From positions 2,837 to 66,836 of the IMG/VR virus record IMGVR_UViG_3300023174_000159: DNA of 64,000 nucleotides; one strand, given 5' to 3'. Under the pieces are notes generated by a model. That model searched no databases, was not told the origin of the DNA, and was given only the letters and a program-made list of their open reading frames with translations. Below are positions 48,869 through 59,350 of this stretch, in pieces. The position numbers were made by a program, and so were the translations under genes. This stretch comes from a virus. The number at the start of each line of letters is the position of its first letter. Positions within the stretch are counted from its first letter, which is position 1.

Positions 48869-50689
48869 ATGGCAGGGTCTGACAGTTCTACAACATCAAA
48901 TTCAAATAGGAATTTTGTTTCCAGAGATGGGAGAAGTGCGACTTTTAATAGATCCATGACTTCTTATTTGAATTCAAGAAGTACAAATTCTTATGATATT
49001 TTAGATTCTGACGAAAATAAAAATACAAAATATAAGTATTTCAAAAAGGTTGGAATGCGAAGAGCCGAAGCAATTTCTAAAAATTCAATTGCATTAAGCA
49101 ATGATTACAATGATACGGCTTATGGAATGATGCATAAAGATTCATCTTTCGGAGATGTAATGTATGCAACAGTTTCTGAAGATAAGCCAGGTAGATTAAG
49201 AGACTATAGATCAATTGCATCATATTCAGAAGTCTCTGATGCATTAGATGAAATTTGTGATGAATGTATAAATTATGATGAAAATTCAAATATAATGAAA
49301 ATTTTATTTGTTAATGATAATTTAAAATCCATCGAAAAGGAAAAAATATCTGATGAATTTGACAAATTTTTAAATCATTTTGATTTAAAAAATAAAGGAT
49401 GGAGATACTTTAGACAATTTTTAATAGAAGGTGAATTGTATTTTGAAAATATAATTCATGAAAATTATACCAAACAAGGAATTTTAGCTGTACAAAATTT
49501 ACCAGCTGATAACATTGATCCTGTATATGGAAATATACAAAACATGTTAATCAAAGGATTTCTATACAAAAAACCAATATTTGATCCAAAAGATCCAAAA
49601 AAAGTTGAAAAATTTGAATATATTCCATTTGAAGAAAATCAAATCATATATGTCAATAATGAAGCTTATAATGAAACAAAAGAATATGTAGTTCCATTTG
49701 TTGAAAATTGTCGTCGTGCATATCGTCAATTATCAATGATTGAAGATAGTGTAGTTATTCATAGAATGGTGCATGCGCCTCTTCGTTTCATGTTTAATGT
49801 AGACGTTGGTAGAATGCCAGTGCCGCAAGCTGAATCATATCTTCGTAAATTACAACAACAATATTGGTCTACCAAAACATTTGATTCTGATCAAAATGAT
49901 ATTGTCAAGAAATACAATCCACAATCAACGTTGGATAGTTATTGGTTTGCAAAGCGTCAAGGACAAGAAGCAACATCAGTTCAAACTTTTGGAGGACAAC
50001 CAAGCGATGGTAATTTAGATGTGTTGGATTGGTTCCTTAAAAAACTTTATCGTTCTTTGAAAGTTCCAACCAGTAGATTGAAAGATGATAGTGGTCTTTC
50101 GGATGGTGCTCAAATTTTAAATGAAGAATTAAAATTTGCAAAAATGATTATTCGCCAACAGCAAAAATTTGCAGCTGCTATTAAAAAAGGATTTATTACT
50201 CATATCAAACTTCGTGGAATGTTTGATGAATATGATGTCGAAGAACAAAATATAGATGTTTCATTTGTTCCACCTGGGACATTTTTCGAAATGAGAGAAA
50301 ATCAAAAGAAACAATTAAAAGTTGAAATGTACGGTTCTGTTATGAATACCCAAAATATTTCAGATACATTTGCAAAGAAAAAATATCTTGGTTGGGGAGA
50401 TAAAGAAGTTCTTGCTGATAGAGAATTCCGTCGATCAGATGCTGCATTTACTTGGGAATTACAACAAATAACAAACGGTGGACCGAATTGGAAATCTCAA
50501 TTATTAGCACAGGCTGGTGGACAATCAGCAGAAGCTGGAGAAGCACCTGATCTTGGAGGTGGTGGAATGCCACCAGACTTTGGTGGAGGGCCAGCATCAG
50601 TTGGAGCAGAACCACCACCAGCACAAGAAGAACCATTCGCTGGTGAAGCTAATACAGAGCCACCCCCTGGTGAAGGAGCACCAGCTTAA
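48869..50689 (+). CDS. gp20: Portal protein
   Basis: YR..A...EV.DA.DEI..E, RQL.MIEDS.VI.R...AP.R..F.VDVG, KKLYRSLKVP.SRL, EELKF.K.I.R.Q. Confidence 0.96.
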   Translation: MAGSDSSTTSNSNRNFVSRDGRSATFNRSMTSYLNSRSTNSYDILDSDENKNTKYKYFKKVGMRRAEAISKNSIALSNDYNDTAYGMMHKDSSFGDVMYATVSEDKPGRLRDYRSIASYSEVSDALDEICDECINYDENSNIMKILFVNDNLKSIEKEKISDEFDKFLNHFDLKNKGWRYFRQFLIEGELYFENIIHENYTKQGILAVQNLPADNIDPVYGNIQNMLIKGFLYKKPIFDPKDPKKVEKFEYIPFEENQIIYVNNEAYNETKEYVVPFVENCRRAYRQLSMIEDSVVIHRMVHAPLRFMFNVDVGRMPVPQAESYLRKLQQQYWSTKTFDSDQNDIVKKYNPQSTLDSYWFAKRQGQEATSVQTFGGQPSDGNLDVLDWFLKKLYRSLKVPTSRLKDDSGLSDGAQILNEELKFAKMIIRQQQKFAAAIKKGFITHIKLRGMFDEYDVEEQNIDVSFVPPGTFFEMRENQKKQLKVEMYGSVMNTQNISDTFAKKKYLGWGDKEVLADREFRRSDAAFTWELQQITNGGPNWKSQLLAQAGGQSAEAGEAPDLGGGGMPPDFGGGPASVGAEPPPAQEEPFAGEANTEPPPGEGAPA

Positions 50690-50982
50690 CTACAGAATTT
50701 TACACAATTAAACGAAGAGGAATAATAAAATCCAGTTCCGTTGTTTGAATTGAAATTAAATCCAGGTGTGCTCGCAGCAACGCATTGATAAAAATAATAT
50801 GTGGTTCCATTATTAGATGTAACATGATTATATCTAGTTGATTGTCCCCACAAAATAAAATCATTGGCTGAAAGATAATAATATCTAGAACCATTATTTG
50901 CATTTAAATCGATACCTACTTGACTAGGAACTCCGCAAGATATCGGAAAATAGAAAGTTCCATTATTATCAGTAATTGCCAC
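50686..50982 (-). CDS. Small protein with four NNG-x-x-aromatic repeats
   Basis: NNGTFYF, NNGSRYYY, NNGTTYYF, NNGTGFYY; TAAATA-N5-GTG. Confidence 0.6.
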   Translation of the reverse strand: MAITDNNGTFYFPISCGVPSQVGIDLNANNGSRYYYLSANDFILWGQSTRYNHVTSNNGTTYYFYQCVAASTPGFNFNSNNGTGFYYSSSFNCVKFCS

Positions 50983-51019
50983 AATATTATTTAATTAAAG
51001 CAATAGATTAAATACAGTT

Positions 51020-52162
51020 ATGTCTGAATTATGTCAAATAAGTCCAATATCCGCATTCATGTCAACGAATTTAAATTCAAGGATTGAATGTTTTCAACAA
51101 TTGGGTGAGCGTATTATGAGAATGTTAGGGCATCCAATTATAAATGTAGAAATTCATCCAGACCAGTTATATGATTCTATTTCAATGGCTATTGAATTTT
51201 TCACAAAGTACGCTGGATATACTCAAGAATATTTGATATTTGATAGCAATTTATATGAAACAAACAAAGGAATACGATTGGATCATCTTTTCACAGTTGC
51301 GAATACGGGGTTTACATTAAGTCAAAAATTACAACAACCAGCTAGATCAAATCCAGATTTCACTGTGGATATTCCAGAAGCATTGTATATATCATTATCT
51401 TCAATTCCACAAACTTATTTTTCAGCAAGTAGCTCATTAAGCTCCGCAGTTGCATCAGATGGAATTTATGAAATGCAAATAATCAACTCTGAAATATATA
51501 ATCAATTTACATCATATAGACCGCAATTAAGTTCATATTTCAAAATGGCTCCGCAAAGAAAAATATCTTCACAGTGTCAAAATATAGAAAATGCAACACA
51601 ATACAATAATATGTTTGATTATGATACGATGGATTATAGAAAAGTAATATCCGTCACAGATTTTGAAGAAGGTAGTAATCAAGGAATTAATACACTATTC
51701 ACTTTAGAACAGACACTTGCTCAACAAACATATTTTAGTTATGCGATGGGTAATTACGGATTCGATTTGCTTTCATGGCACACTATGAAAGATTGGATTG
51801 ATACAAGAGAAAAGCTTTTAGCGATAAGAAGAGACATACATTTTGATGCAAGAACTCAATATTTAAAATTCTATCCACAACCAAAAAATACAAGATTTTA
51901 TGGTGTAATATCATGTTACGTAGAAAGACCAATAAGAGATCTAATAAAAGAAAAGTGGGTATTGGATTACAGTGTGGCTTTAGCGAAAGTGATGTGGGGA
52001 AGAATACTTACAAAAATCACAGGAGTGTCATTACTCGGTGGTGGGAATTTCAGTGGTGATACTATTCTTGCGGAAGGTCTTAAAGAAAAAGAAGCATTAG
52101 AAACAATGTTGGTAGAAGGTGGATTCGGCGATTTTGCTCCTATCTCGCTGATAGTTGGATAA
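51020..52162 (+). CDS. gp13: Neck protein (gp13-like)
   Basis: IMRMLGHPIINVEI..DQL, W..DY..ALAK..WG..L.K..GV.L.GG. Confidence 0.88.
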   Translation: MSELCQISPISAFMSTNLNSRIECFQQLGERIMRMLGHPIINVEIHPDQLYDSISMAIEFFTKYAGYTQEYLIFDSNLYETNKGIRLDHLFTVANTGFTLSQKLQQPARSNPDFTVDIPEALYISLSSIPQTYFSASSSLSSAVASDGIYEMQIINSEIYNQFTSYRPQLSSYFKMAPQRKISSQCQNIENATQYNNMFDYDTMDYRKVISVTDFEEGSNQGINTLFTLEQTLAQQTYFSYAMGNYGFDLLSWHTMKDWIDTREKLLAIRRDIHFDARTQYLKFYPQPKNTRFYGVISCYVERPIRDLIKEKWVLDYSVALAKVMWGRILTKITGVSLLGGGNFSGDTILAEGLKEKEALETMLVEGGFGDFAPISLIVG

Positions 52163-52163
52163 T

Positions 52164-52616
52164 ATGCTTCCTTTAAAAAGAGATAAAAGATTCCGTCAAG
52201 GAATTTATAAACCAAAAAATCCTAAAAAATTTATTGGTACTCATGCCATTTATAGAAGTGGATTAGAGTGTAAATTTTTTATATTCTGTGATAATAATTC
52301 AAATGTTGTTCGTTGGGGAAGTGAAAATATAATAATTCCATATGTTTCAAAAATCGATGGAAAGTGGCATAAGTATTATGTTGATAATTATGTTGAAATT
52401 ATGGAAGGATCTAAATTAGTGAAATATTTGGTAGAGATAAAACCATACAAACAAACGTTAAAACCAGAATCAAAACAAGGTAAAAAGAAAAGCAGTTTAT
52501 TATACGAACAAACGCAGTGGATTATTAACCATGAAGGAAAATGGCCAGCCGCTATGCAATTTTGCAAAAATAGAGGGTGGAAATTTCTTATTTTGACTGA
52601 GAAGGAATTGAATTAA
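52164..52616 (+). CDS. gp4: Head completion nuclease (gp4-like)
   Basis: QGIYKPKNPKKFIG, YRSGLE, W.SE...IPY, H.YYVD, LVEIKP..QT, KW.AA...C...GWKF.ILTE. Confidence 0.92.
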   Translation: MLPLKRDKRFRQGIYKPKNPKKFIGTHAIYRSGLECKFFIFCDNNSNVVRWGSENIIIPYVSKIDGKWHKYYVDNYVEIMEGSKLVKYLVEIKPYKQTLKPESKQGKKKSSLLYEQTQWIINHEGKWPAAMQFCKNRGWKFLILTEKELN

Positions 52617-52640
52617 AAATTATTACAATAAATAAGATAA

Positions 52641-54395
52641 ATGAGGCTTTTTACGGAAAATGTTGATTTTGTTGCCACATCGGGTGATAAAAATATTCTT
52701 CAAACAGAAAAATATGAAGAAGTGTTTTTTGATGTATACGAAATTATAATAAATGGTAAAAAATTTATATCTGAGAAAATAGGAGAATACGATAAACATC
52801 CTATTGTAAAAATACCCGTGGAAATCGACGGGATTAAAAAAGATTACCCATTTATATTAAACGAAGGTAAATTTCAAATAGTATTCAATGAACAAAATAA
52901 TTTGATTCAAGAATCTGTAGAAGAAAATATTCCAGTAATAACTGAAGAAGTTGAAGAAATTGAAGAATATTCCAAAGAATCATTTGAAAAAGCACTTGTA
53001 GATATTCAAGAAAAGAAAAATAAAATTCTAGAATATATAGAAAATGTTAAAAAAACCGCAAACCAAGAAACTGATGAATATAATAAAAATCAGTTAAAAA
53101 TATTAGAGCAGCAGAAACAACAAAACAAAAAAGAATTACAATCATTTTTGGAATCATCCAAAGAATCATGGTTGCATGAATTTGTTGATACGTCGAATAA
53201 AATTAAAAAAGAATTATTTGATAGATTGAATATTAATAATTCTGAAATATATGAATCAATTGATTTAAAATTAGAAGTTATTTCTGATGATTTTAAAAAA
53301 TTAATAAATGAGGATTTCTCAAATACAGAAAAGATATTTGAAAATAAAATAAAAGAATTAATAAATGAGATTTATAATAATCAAGTTATTAAAGTTATTA
53401 ATAACGGTATTGATAAAATTTCAGAACAATCTGAAATTTCATTTGAAAATATAAAAAATAATTTTAACTCAGCGCTTTCTGAAAAAGCAAATGATACTGA
53501 TTTAAAAAACGTTGAAAGTAAATTAGAAAATGAAATATTATCAATACAAAAAGAATCAATTGAATTACATGATTTAATTTCAAAAACAGCATCATCAAAT
53601 CAAAAATCTATAACTTTTATTGATAATAAAATTGATGAAACTCAAATAAAATTTAAAGAAAGTATTGTAAAAATAATTGATGGAAAGATTGAAGAGAATG
53701 AAGTTAACATAACAACATATTACAATGAAAAACTTGATATTGTTGAAAATAAACTTATAGATCTTTCAGATGAAAATAGAAAATATTTTATTGGATTAAT
53801 AAATGAAAGTAAAGATAATCTTTTAAAAGAAATAAAATCTATAAAAGAAAATAAAGCGATTGAGTATATTATTGAAAATAAAAAAACTGGAGAGAAAAAA
53901 GAAATTGATATCGATTCAATAAAAAGTGATCTTCAAAAAGAAATTTCAAATAAAATTTCAAACGAGATAATCGCTCTTAGAAAATATACAGCATATCATG
54001 GCGGTGGTGGTGGTACTGTAGCACAACAATTTGCTAATGGTGGAACCATGAATGGATCATTGAATATCAATGGTCAAATTTTAAGTGGTGGTGTTGATAT
54101 ATCTACATTGTTTATTTCACAGGCAAATAGTGGAAATTATATTTTAAATGGTGGTAATACAGTCACCGCACCATTATCGGTAGGTACTAATTCAGGTCAG
54201 AATTTAGTTTTTGAAACTAATAACTTGAGTAGAATGACTATTTTATCATCAGGTAATGTTGGTATTGATACAACAATACCAACCGAAAAACTCACAGTAT
54301 CAGGTAATCTAAGTGCATCTGGTAATGCATATGCAGGAGGAAATAAATTAGCAGCAGAGAATTTTGCTGTTGCAATGGCTATTGCACTTGGATAA
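52641..54395 (+). CDS. Long coiled-coil protein with fibre-like C-terminus
   Basis: About 400 aa E/K/I coiled coil, then GGGGG..., GNVGI.T..PTEKLTVSGN and terminal AMAIALG. Confidence 0.65.
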   Translation: MRLFTENVDFVATSGDKNILQTEKYEEVFFDVYEIIINGKKFISEKIGEYDKHPIVKIPVEIDGIKKDYPFILNEGKFQIVFNEQNNLIQESVEENIPVITEEVEEIEEYSKESFEKALVDIQEKKNKILEYIENVKKTANQETDEYNKNQLKILEQQKQQNKKELQSFLESSKESWLHEFVDTSNKIKKELFDRLNINNSEIYESIDLKLEVISDDFKKLINEDFSNTEKIFENKIKELINEIYNNQVIKVINNGIDKISEQSEISFENIKNNFNSALSEKANDTDLKNVESKLENEILSIQKESIELHDLISKTASSNQKSITFIDNKIDETQIKFKESIVKIIDGKIEENEVNITTYYNEKLDIVENKLIDLSDENRKYFIGLINESKDNLLKEIKSIKENKAIEYIIENKKTGEKKEIDIDSIKSDLQKEISNKISNEIIALRKYTAYHGGGGGTVAQQFANGGTMNGSLNINGQILSGGVDISTLFISQANSGNYILNGGNTVTAPLSVGTNSGQNLVFETNNLSRMTILSSGNVGIDTTIPTEKLTVSGNLSASGNAYAGGNKLAAENFAVAMAIALG

Positions 54396-54419
54396 CTTTC
54401 GAATAAATAGACATAGATA

Positions 54420-55160
54420 ATGAAGACTTTAACAACAACATATGCATTTACTGCCTCTCCTGTAGGTAAAGTACAGATCACTAATTATCCTAATATTGTA
54501 TTAGATCAGATTTTATTAATTACTAATGTAACTAGTAATACTATAATTTATAATTTTGCTGATCCAACTAAAGGTGGATATCTCACAGGCAATATCTTAA
54601 CACTGAGTGCTACTACAACATCAATGTTAAGTAGTGATAGACTTCAGATCTTTGTTGATGACTTAACAGCGCCAGTATATGCAAAATATTATGATGCCAC
54701 TTCTTATTCTCCAGTAACATCCATATCAGCAGTTCCAGCTTTGACAGGTACTAATGCCTTTATTACTATTGATGCTCAAACAGGTGGAGCAATGGCCTTG
54801 CAAGGTGATTTAGATAAAGATATAGATAGCGTCACTACTTTTAATGTTGGTTATGGATCGGTATCAAATTACCTAACAGGAGCTACTTTAGGTACAGCTG
54901 TTACAGGTGTTGGAACTCAAGTCCTTTCTGCCAACTCAAATAGAATTACTTTATTTGGTCAAAATTATGGAACAGTCCCGTTGTATGTAAAATATGGGTT
55001 AGGATGTAGTACCAATTCGTTTAATTTTATGTTATATCCAGGAACAGCAGAATTTGACGCTAAAGGTGAAAAATTTTCTGATGATAGATATAAAGGAGAT
55101 GTATCTGTAAATACAATTTCAGGTTCAACTGGACGATATATTTTCTGGGAGGGTGTTTGA
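54420..55160 (+). CDS. Putative virion structural / fibre-associated protein
   Basis: ILLITNVT.N.IIYNFADP motif, beta-rich. Confidence 0.6.
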   Translation: MKTLTTTYAFTASPVGKVQITNYPNIVLDQILLITNVTSNTIIYNFADPTKGGYLTGNILTLSATTTSMLSSDRLQIFVDDLTAPVYAKYYDATSYSPVTSISAVPALTGTNAFITIDAQTGGAMALQGDLDKDIDSVTTFNVGYGSVSNYLTGATLGTAVTGVGTQVLSANSNRITLFGQNYGTVPLYVKYGLGCSTNSFNFMLYPGTAEFDAKGEKFSDDRYKGDVSVNTISGSTGRYIFWEGV

Positions 55161-56095
55161 TGAAATACTACGGGATACAAAATGAAGTAAAAGCATATGC
55201 TAATCGCTTACAAAGTGAACAAGGCATAGCTATATCTTCCAGTGATTTAAAAGCCCTAAACGATAGAGTAGAAGCACTTAAAAAATCTGGTGTCTGGAGT
55301 CGGTTTAGTTTAGGGTTTAATGATGTTGATGGTGATGCTTATCTAAGCAGAGCGGGAGTAACAGATATACTTGGTAGGGCTGAAGTTCTTTGGTTTACTA
55401 GAGGAATGAAGGCTCTTGATTTATGGAGCAGTATGGTTTCTTGGCCGATGAGGAGTTATCAAAACAAAGGAACAGCTTCTACTGTTTATAGTCTTGGAGG
55501 ATTTGGAGTTTATGATGGAACTATGACGAATAGCCCAAGTTGGAGTGTTAATGGTATAACATTTGCAGCTAATACCCAATATATACAATATTCTCCTAAT
55601 TTTGCTGTAAATTTCACAAAAGGTGGATATAGCGTGTATGCTGTTTGGAGTGGAATGGGAGTTGCTATTACATCTAACGAAGGTGCTTTTGTTTTATTTG
55701 GGTCGTCGGATAACGTAATACAAAATGTATACACAACAGGTGTAGGTGGTGGTACAACATGGCAACCTCAAAGTAGAAATTATAATGGTAACAGATATTT
55801 TAATGCAGTTACTCAATCAGTTATTGGTAATATTGCATTTGGTTGGAACGCTAATCGTCTTATCTTGCAAAAAGATGGAGTTGATTTATCAATGGGATCT
55901 CAACCAAGTTCAACCCCCACCAATGGCTCTTATACTATGAGAACTATTGGAAGAAATAATACAACAGCATCAGCTACTTCAAGAGTTAGTTGTTTATTGG
56001 TATTTTCTCCAGATTTTCAAATGGATGCTGCTAAAAATTTATTGATTCATAATTTAGTAAAATCAACAATAGGGAATGGTTTAGCATTAGCATAA
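55160..56095 (+). CDS. Lectin/LamG-like array member 1 (duplicated N-terminal helical module)
   Basis: Two D..AY..R...LK..G.WS modules, WPMRS..N.GT, YSLGG.G.Y.GTM.NSP.W, C-terminal NL.K.TIG..L. Confidence 0.7.
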   Translation: MKYYGIQNEVKAYANRLQSEQGIAISSSDLKALNDRVEALKKSGVWSRFSLGFNDVDGDAYLSRAGVTDILGRAEVLWFTRGMKALDLWSSMVSWPMRSYQNKGTASTVYSLGGFGVYDGTMTNSPSWSVNGITFAANTQYIQYSPNFAVNFTKGGYSVYAVWSGMGVAITSNEGAFVLFGSSDNVIQNVYTTGVGGGTTWQPQSRNYNGNRYFNAVTQSVIGNIAFGWNANRLILQKDGVDLSMGSQPSSTPTNGSYTMRTIGRNNTTASATSRVSCLLVFSPDFQMDAAKNLLIHNLVKSTIGNGLALA

Positions 56096-56096
56096 T

Positions 56097-56924
56097 ATGG
56101 CAAAAAGATATTACAATTTAGAAAAAGAAACCAAAGACTATCTAAAGGCTTGTAGTGATAGAAATATTACTCCTCGTATTTCTAATAAAGCAATAAATGA
56201 TTATGTGTTAAAACAAAAAAATAACCAATGGATACCCACAGCTAGTCAACTTATTGAATATGCTTTATCTCCTGTTTTGTGGTTAGATTCATCTATATCT
56301 TTTAGTTATAGAGGTGCTGGAACAGTATGGGGAAATTTAATAGATAACACATTAAATGCGTCTTTACCAGCATCTGCATTATTTACAAGTTTAAAAAGAT
56401 CTGGTGCTGTTTTCTTACCATTGGGAGCAGCTGGAACCACTCCTTGGACTACACTCGGTTTAACTAATATATTTACTTTAGATTTTTGGATCACTGTTTC
56501 AGAGATTACTGGGTCATTTAGTACTGGATTAATTTATAGAGAGGTATATCTTACAGATGGATTTCGTTGCGGTGTTAATAATCCTTCTAAGCGAATTAAT
56601 TTTGCGAGTGGTCAAAGTGGTGGTAATGTTAGTCTTAATTCTGGCACTGATAGTATTATATTAGGTACTCCCGTAAATATAACTATAACATATAATCCCA
56701 ATACATTAGTAGCTTCTATATATAAAAATGGAGTATTGGTACAGACACAGACAAGTGCTACATTAAAAGCACCATCTACCACAGCTAGTGCAACAATAAA
56801 TACTACTTTAGATAGCACAAGTAGTAGTTTACAATTCCATAATTTAAAAATATATAATAGAGCTTTAACGCAAACAGAAATAACCGAAAGTTATAACACT
56901 TTAAGTTCAAGATTTTTCTCATGA
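56097..56924 (+). CDS. Lectin/LamG-like array member 2 (canonical phage LamG domain)
   Basis: VLWLDS..S.SY.G.GTVW.NL, ITITY, IYKNG, IYNRALT..EI...YN....RF. Confidence 0.75.
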   Translation: MAKRYYNLEKETKDYLKACSDRNITPRISNKAINDYVLKQKNNQWIPTASQLIEYALSPVLWLDSSISFSYRGAGTVWGNLIDNTLNASLPASALFTSLKRSGAVFLPLGAAGTTPWTTLGLTNIFTLDFWITVSEITGSFSTGLIYREVYLTDGFRCGVNNPSKRINFASGQSGGNVSLNSGTDSIILGTPVNITITYNPNTLVASIYKNGVLVQTQTSATLKAPSTTASATINTTLDSTSSSLQFHNLKIYNRALTQTEITESYNTLSSRFFS

Positions 56925-57709
56925 TACCTACCAAATCATATAGTCTTCAAAACGAGACAAGACAATACCTAAGAAGATTATATGCTTATGGTAAAGAATT
57001 GAATGGTGTTGATATTGCTGATTTAGATAACTTTATAGCAGGATTAAAACAATTAAATCTTTGGCAAAATATTATCTGTTGGCCTATGAGATCTATTCAT
57101 AATATAGGAACAGGATCTACTGTTTTGAGTTTGGGGGGAGGTGGCACTTATAATGGCACAATGCTTAATAGCCCAACATGGGGTATAATTGGAATGACTT
57201 TTCCTAGAACAACCGCATCATGCGTTTCAGCAACTCGTCCTATTGGATCAACTCCAACAGCGGAATATAGTGTTTTTTCTGTTCATTGTAATTTTGTTGA
57301 AGATGCACTTTATCGTGCTGTATGGATAGGAAGAGATGCTAGTAATGATAGAATGTTCTTTAGAACTGCTGGTGGTGGTGCAGATGCTTATGCTGCTGGA
57401 ACAGTTGGAGTATCAGCCCCAACTTCTATTGATGGTAATCATTCTACTGCTTTGGTGGCATCGTCTGGCTCAGTATCCAAAACAGTCACTGCATACAAAG
57501 ATGGAACAGTATCCTCTTCTACTACAGGAACAAATACAGGGAATAATACAATATATAATATTGGTGGATTATCTACCGATTCTTCTAGATCTTTTGGATA
57601 TGAAATATCTTTTAATGCTGCTTTTACAAAAGCATTAAATGCTAACGAAGTGATCTTATTGCATAATTTAATTAAAACAACTATTGGAAGGGACTTAGGA
57701 TTACCTTAA
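56921..57709 (+). CDS. Lectin/LamG-like array member 3
   Basis: ETRQYL, NFIAGLKQLNLW...CWPMRSIHN.GTG, AYKDG, FTKAL...EV..LHNLIKTTIG.DLGLP. Confidence 0.7.
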   Translation: MIPTKSYSLQNETRQYLRRLYAYGKELNGVDIADLDNFIAGLKQLNLWQNIICWPMRSIHNIGTGSTVLSLGGGGTYNGTMLNSPTWGIIGMTFPRTTASCVSATRPIGSTPTAEYSVFSVHCNFVEDALYRAVWIGRDASNDRMFFRTAGGGADAYAAGTVGVSAPTSIDGNHSTALVASSGSVSKTVTAYKDGTVSSSTTGTNTGNNTIYNIGGLSTDSSRSFGYEISFNAAFTKALNANEVILLHNLIKTTIGRDLGLP

Positions 57710-57710
57710 T

Positions 57711-58532
57711 ATGTCAAATACACGAAAATATACTTTTGACATTGATACCAAGCGTTATCTCAATAGAGTTAATGTTTATAGGCAATTAAATGGTCTTGAC
57801 AAGATAGCAAATATTGATGCTGTAGATATTGATAATTTTGTTATAGGATTAAAAGATTTAGGATTGTGGTCTGATTCATATATTTGGTTGTTAATGAGTC
57901 AATATAATGTAGCTACTGGTATATCTTTAATTGGTTTAAATGGCAATACTCCGAATGGGACTCTAATTAATTCACCTACATGGAGTACTAATGGGATAGT
58001 ATTTTTAAACTCAGCAGCACAAAGAATAGATATACCTGTAACCTTTAGTTTTGGAGACGTATATACAATTTTTGCATCAGCTAAACTAACTAATGTGGCT
58101 TCTGCTAATTTAACTGTATTAGGCTTTGGTAATAACAGAGGTGGGGCGATTGGTGTATCATCTAATAGTTCAACTCTTTTAAGAAATGTTCAATGGGATG
58201 TTAATAGAGATTCTACAGGAGCATATACCAGCAGTGCCGTAATAACTACTAATAATTTCTCTAGTACAATAACTGGAAACTCTACTTCTTCGATTAATTA
58301 TGCAAATACTACAGCATATACAACATTAAATGCTGATTATAGAATATCAAATGCAGATACTTTGGTGACAATAGGAGCATTACACATTTCTGGAACAACA
58401 TATGATTCTGGATATTTCAATGGTAATATTCATATAGCATTTATGCTTAAGAGATCTATTACAGCATCAGAACAATCTAGTTTATATAATTTATACAAAG
58501 CAACAATAGGAAAAACATTAGGATTACCATAA
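57711..58532 (+). CDS. Lectin/LamG-like array member 4
   Basis: DTKRYL, NFVIGLKDLGLW, NGTLINSPTW, YNLYKATIGKTLGLP. Confidence 0.7.
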   Translation: MSNTRKYTFDIDTKRYLNRVNVYRQLNGLDKIANIDAVDIDNFVIGLKDLGLWSDSYIWLLMSQYNVATGISLIGLNGNTPNGTLINSPTWSTNGIVFLNSAAQRIDIPVTFSFGDVYTIFASAKLTNVASANLTVLGFGNNRGGAIGVSSNSSTLLRNVQWDVNRDSTGAYTSSAVITTNNFSSTITGNSTSSINYANTTAYTTLNADYRISNADTLVTIGALHISGTTYDSGYFNGNIHIAFMLKRSITASEQSSLYNLYKATIGKTLGLP

Positions 58533-58533
58533 T

Positions 58534-59346
58534 ATGCCAAGAACAAGAACATACGGGTTAGATGTAGATACCATTGCTTTTGCCGCTAGAGTAAAAGCTG
58601 GTAGTGGCAAAACTATTTTACCTGAAAACTTAAAACAAATTAATAAATTTGTTATCGGTGTTAAGAAACTAGGGCTATGGAATTCTATGGTTTGTTGGCC
58701 GATGAGAAGTATTCATAACGCTGGAACTGGTTCAATAATATATAGTTTGGGCGGATTAGGCATTTATAATGGCAGTATGGTAAATAGTCCAGAATGGAGT
58801 AAAAATGGGATCATAACAGTAAATGGTATAAATGCATATCCAACATTTACAAATTTAACATATATTCCTAATAATTTTAATGGTACAATGTGCGGTATAG
58901 GTGGATTATTTTATACATCTAATCAACGTTTTATAGGTCATAATGCTGGTGCTGGTGGTTGGATGGTCGCTACGATTTCGACTAATACTAGTTATGCTAG
59001 TTATTTTGATACAACTAAAGGTATTGCCACCTCATATACAGGTGGATCTACTGTTAGTAATAATAATCGTGACACTGTTTCATTTGCAGGTTTTTCTAGA
59101 ACTTTAGCAGGAAACACAACATTCTATATTTCCAACCCAAATACTGGAGGTGTAAATTATACTATATCAACAGCAACACTTACTGGATTAAGTGTTGCAA
59201 CAAGTTCTTCATATATGAGCGCTGGTATAAATTCATTTCTTATACACATTACAAATTTAAACTACAATCAAACTCAATACAAAACATTAGAAACTTTACT
59301 TAGAAATACTTTATTTAAAGATAATACATTTCAATGGCAATATTAA
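58534..59346 (+). CDS. Lectin/LamG-like array member 5
   Basis: YGLDVDT, FVIGVKKLGLW.SMVCWPMRSIHNAGTG, YSLGG, NSPEW. Confidence 0.7.
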   Translation: MPRTRTYGLDVDTIAFAARVKAGSGKTILPENLKQINKFVIGVKKLGLWNSMVCWPMRSIHNAGTGSIIYSLGGLGIYNGSMVNSPEWSKNGIITVNGINAYPTFTNLTYIPNNFNGTMCGIGGLFYTSNQRFIGHNAGAGGWMVATISTNTSYASYFDTTKGIATSYTGGSTVSNNNRDTVSFAGFSRTLAGNTTFYISNPNTGGVNYTISTATLTGLSVATSSSYMSAGINSFLIHITNLNYNQTQYKTLETLLRNTLFKDNTFQWQY

Positions 59347-59350
59347 AATT

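Noticed and set aside
55157-59346. Diversity-generating retroelement or shufflon acting on the lectin array
   Set aside because: No reverse transcriptase or recombinase, no adenine-specific template/variable repeat pair, no inverted crossover sites; all genes are co-oriented
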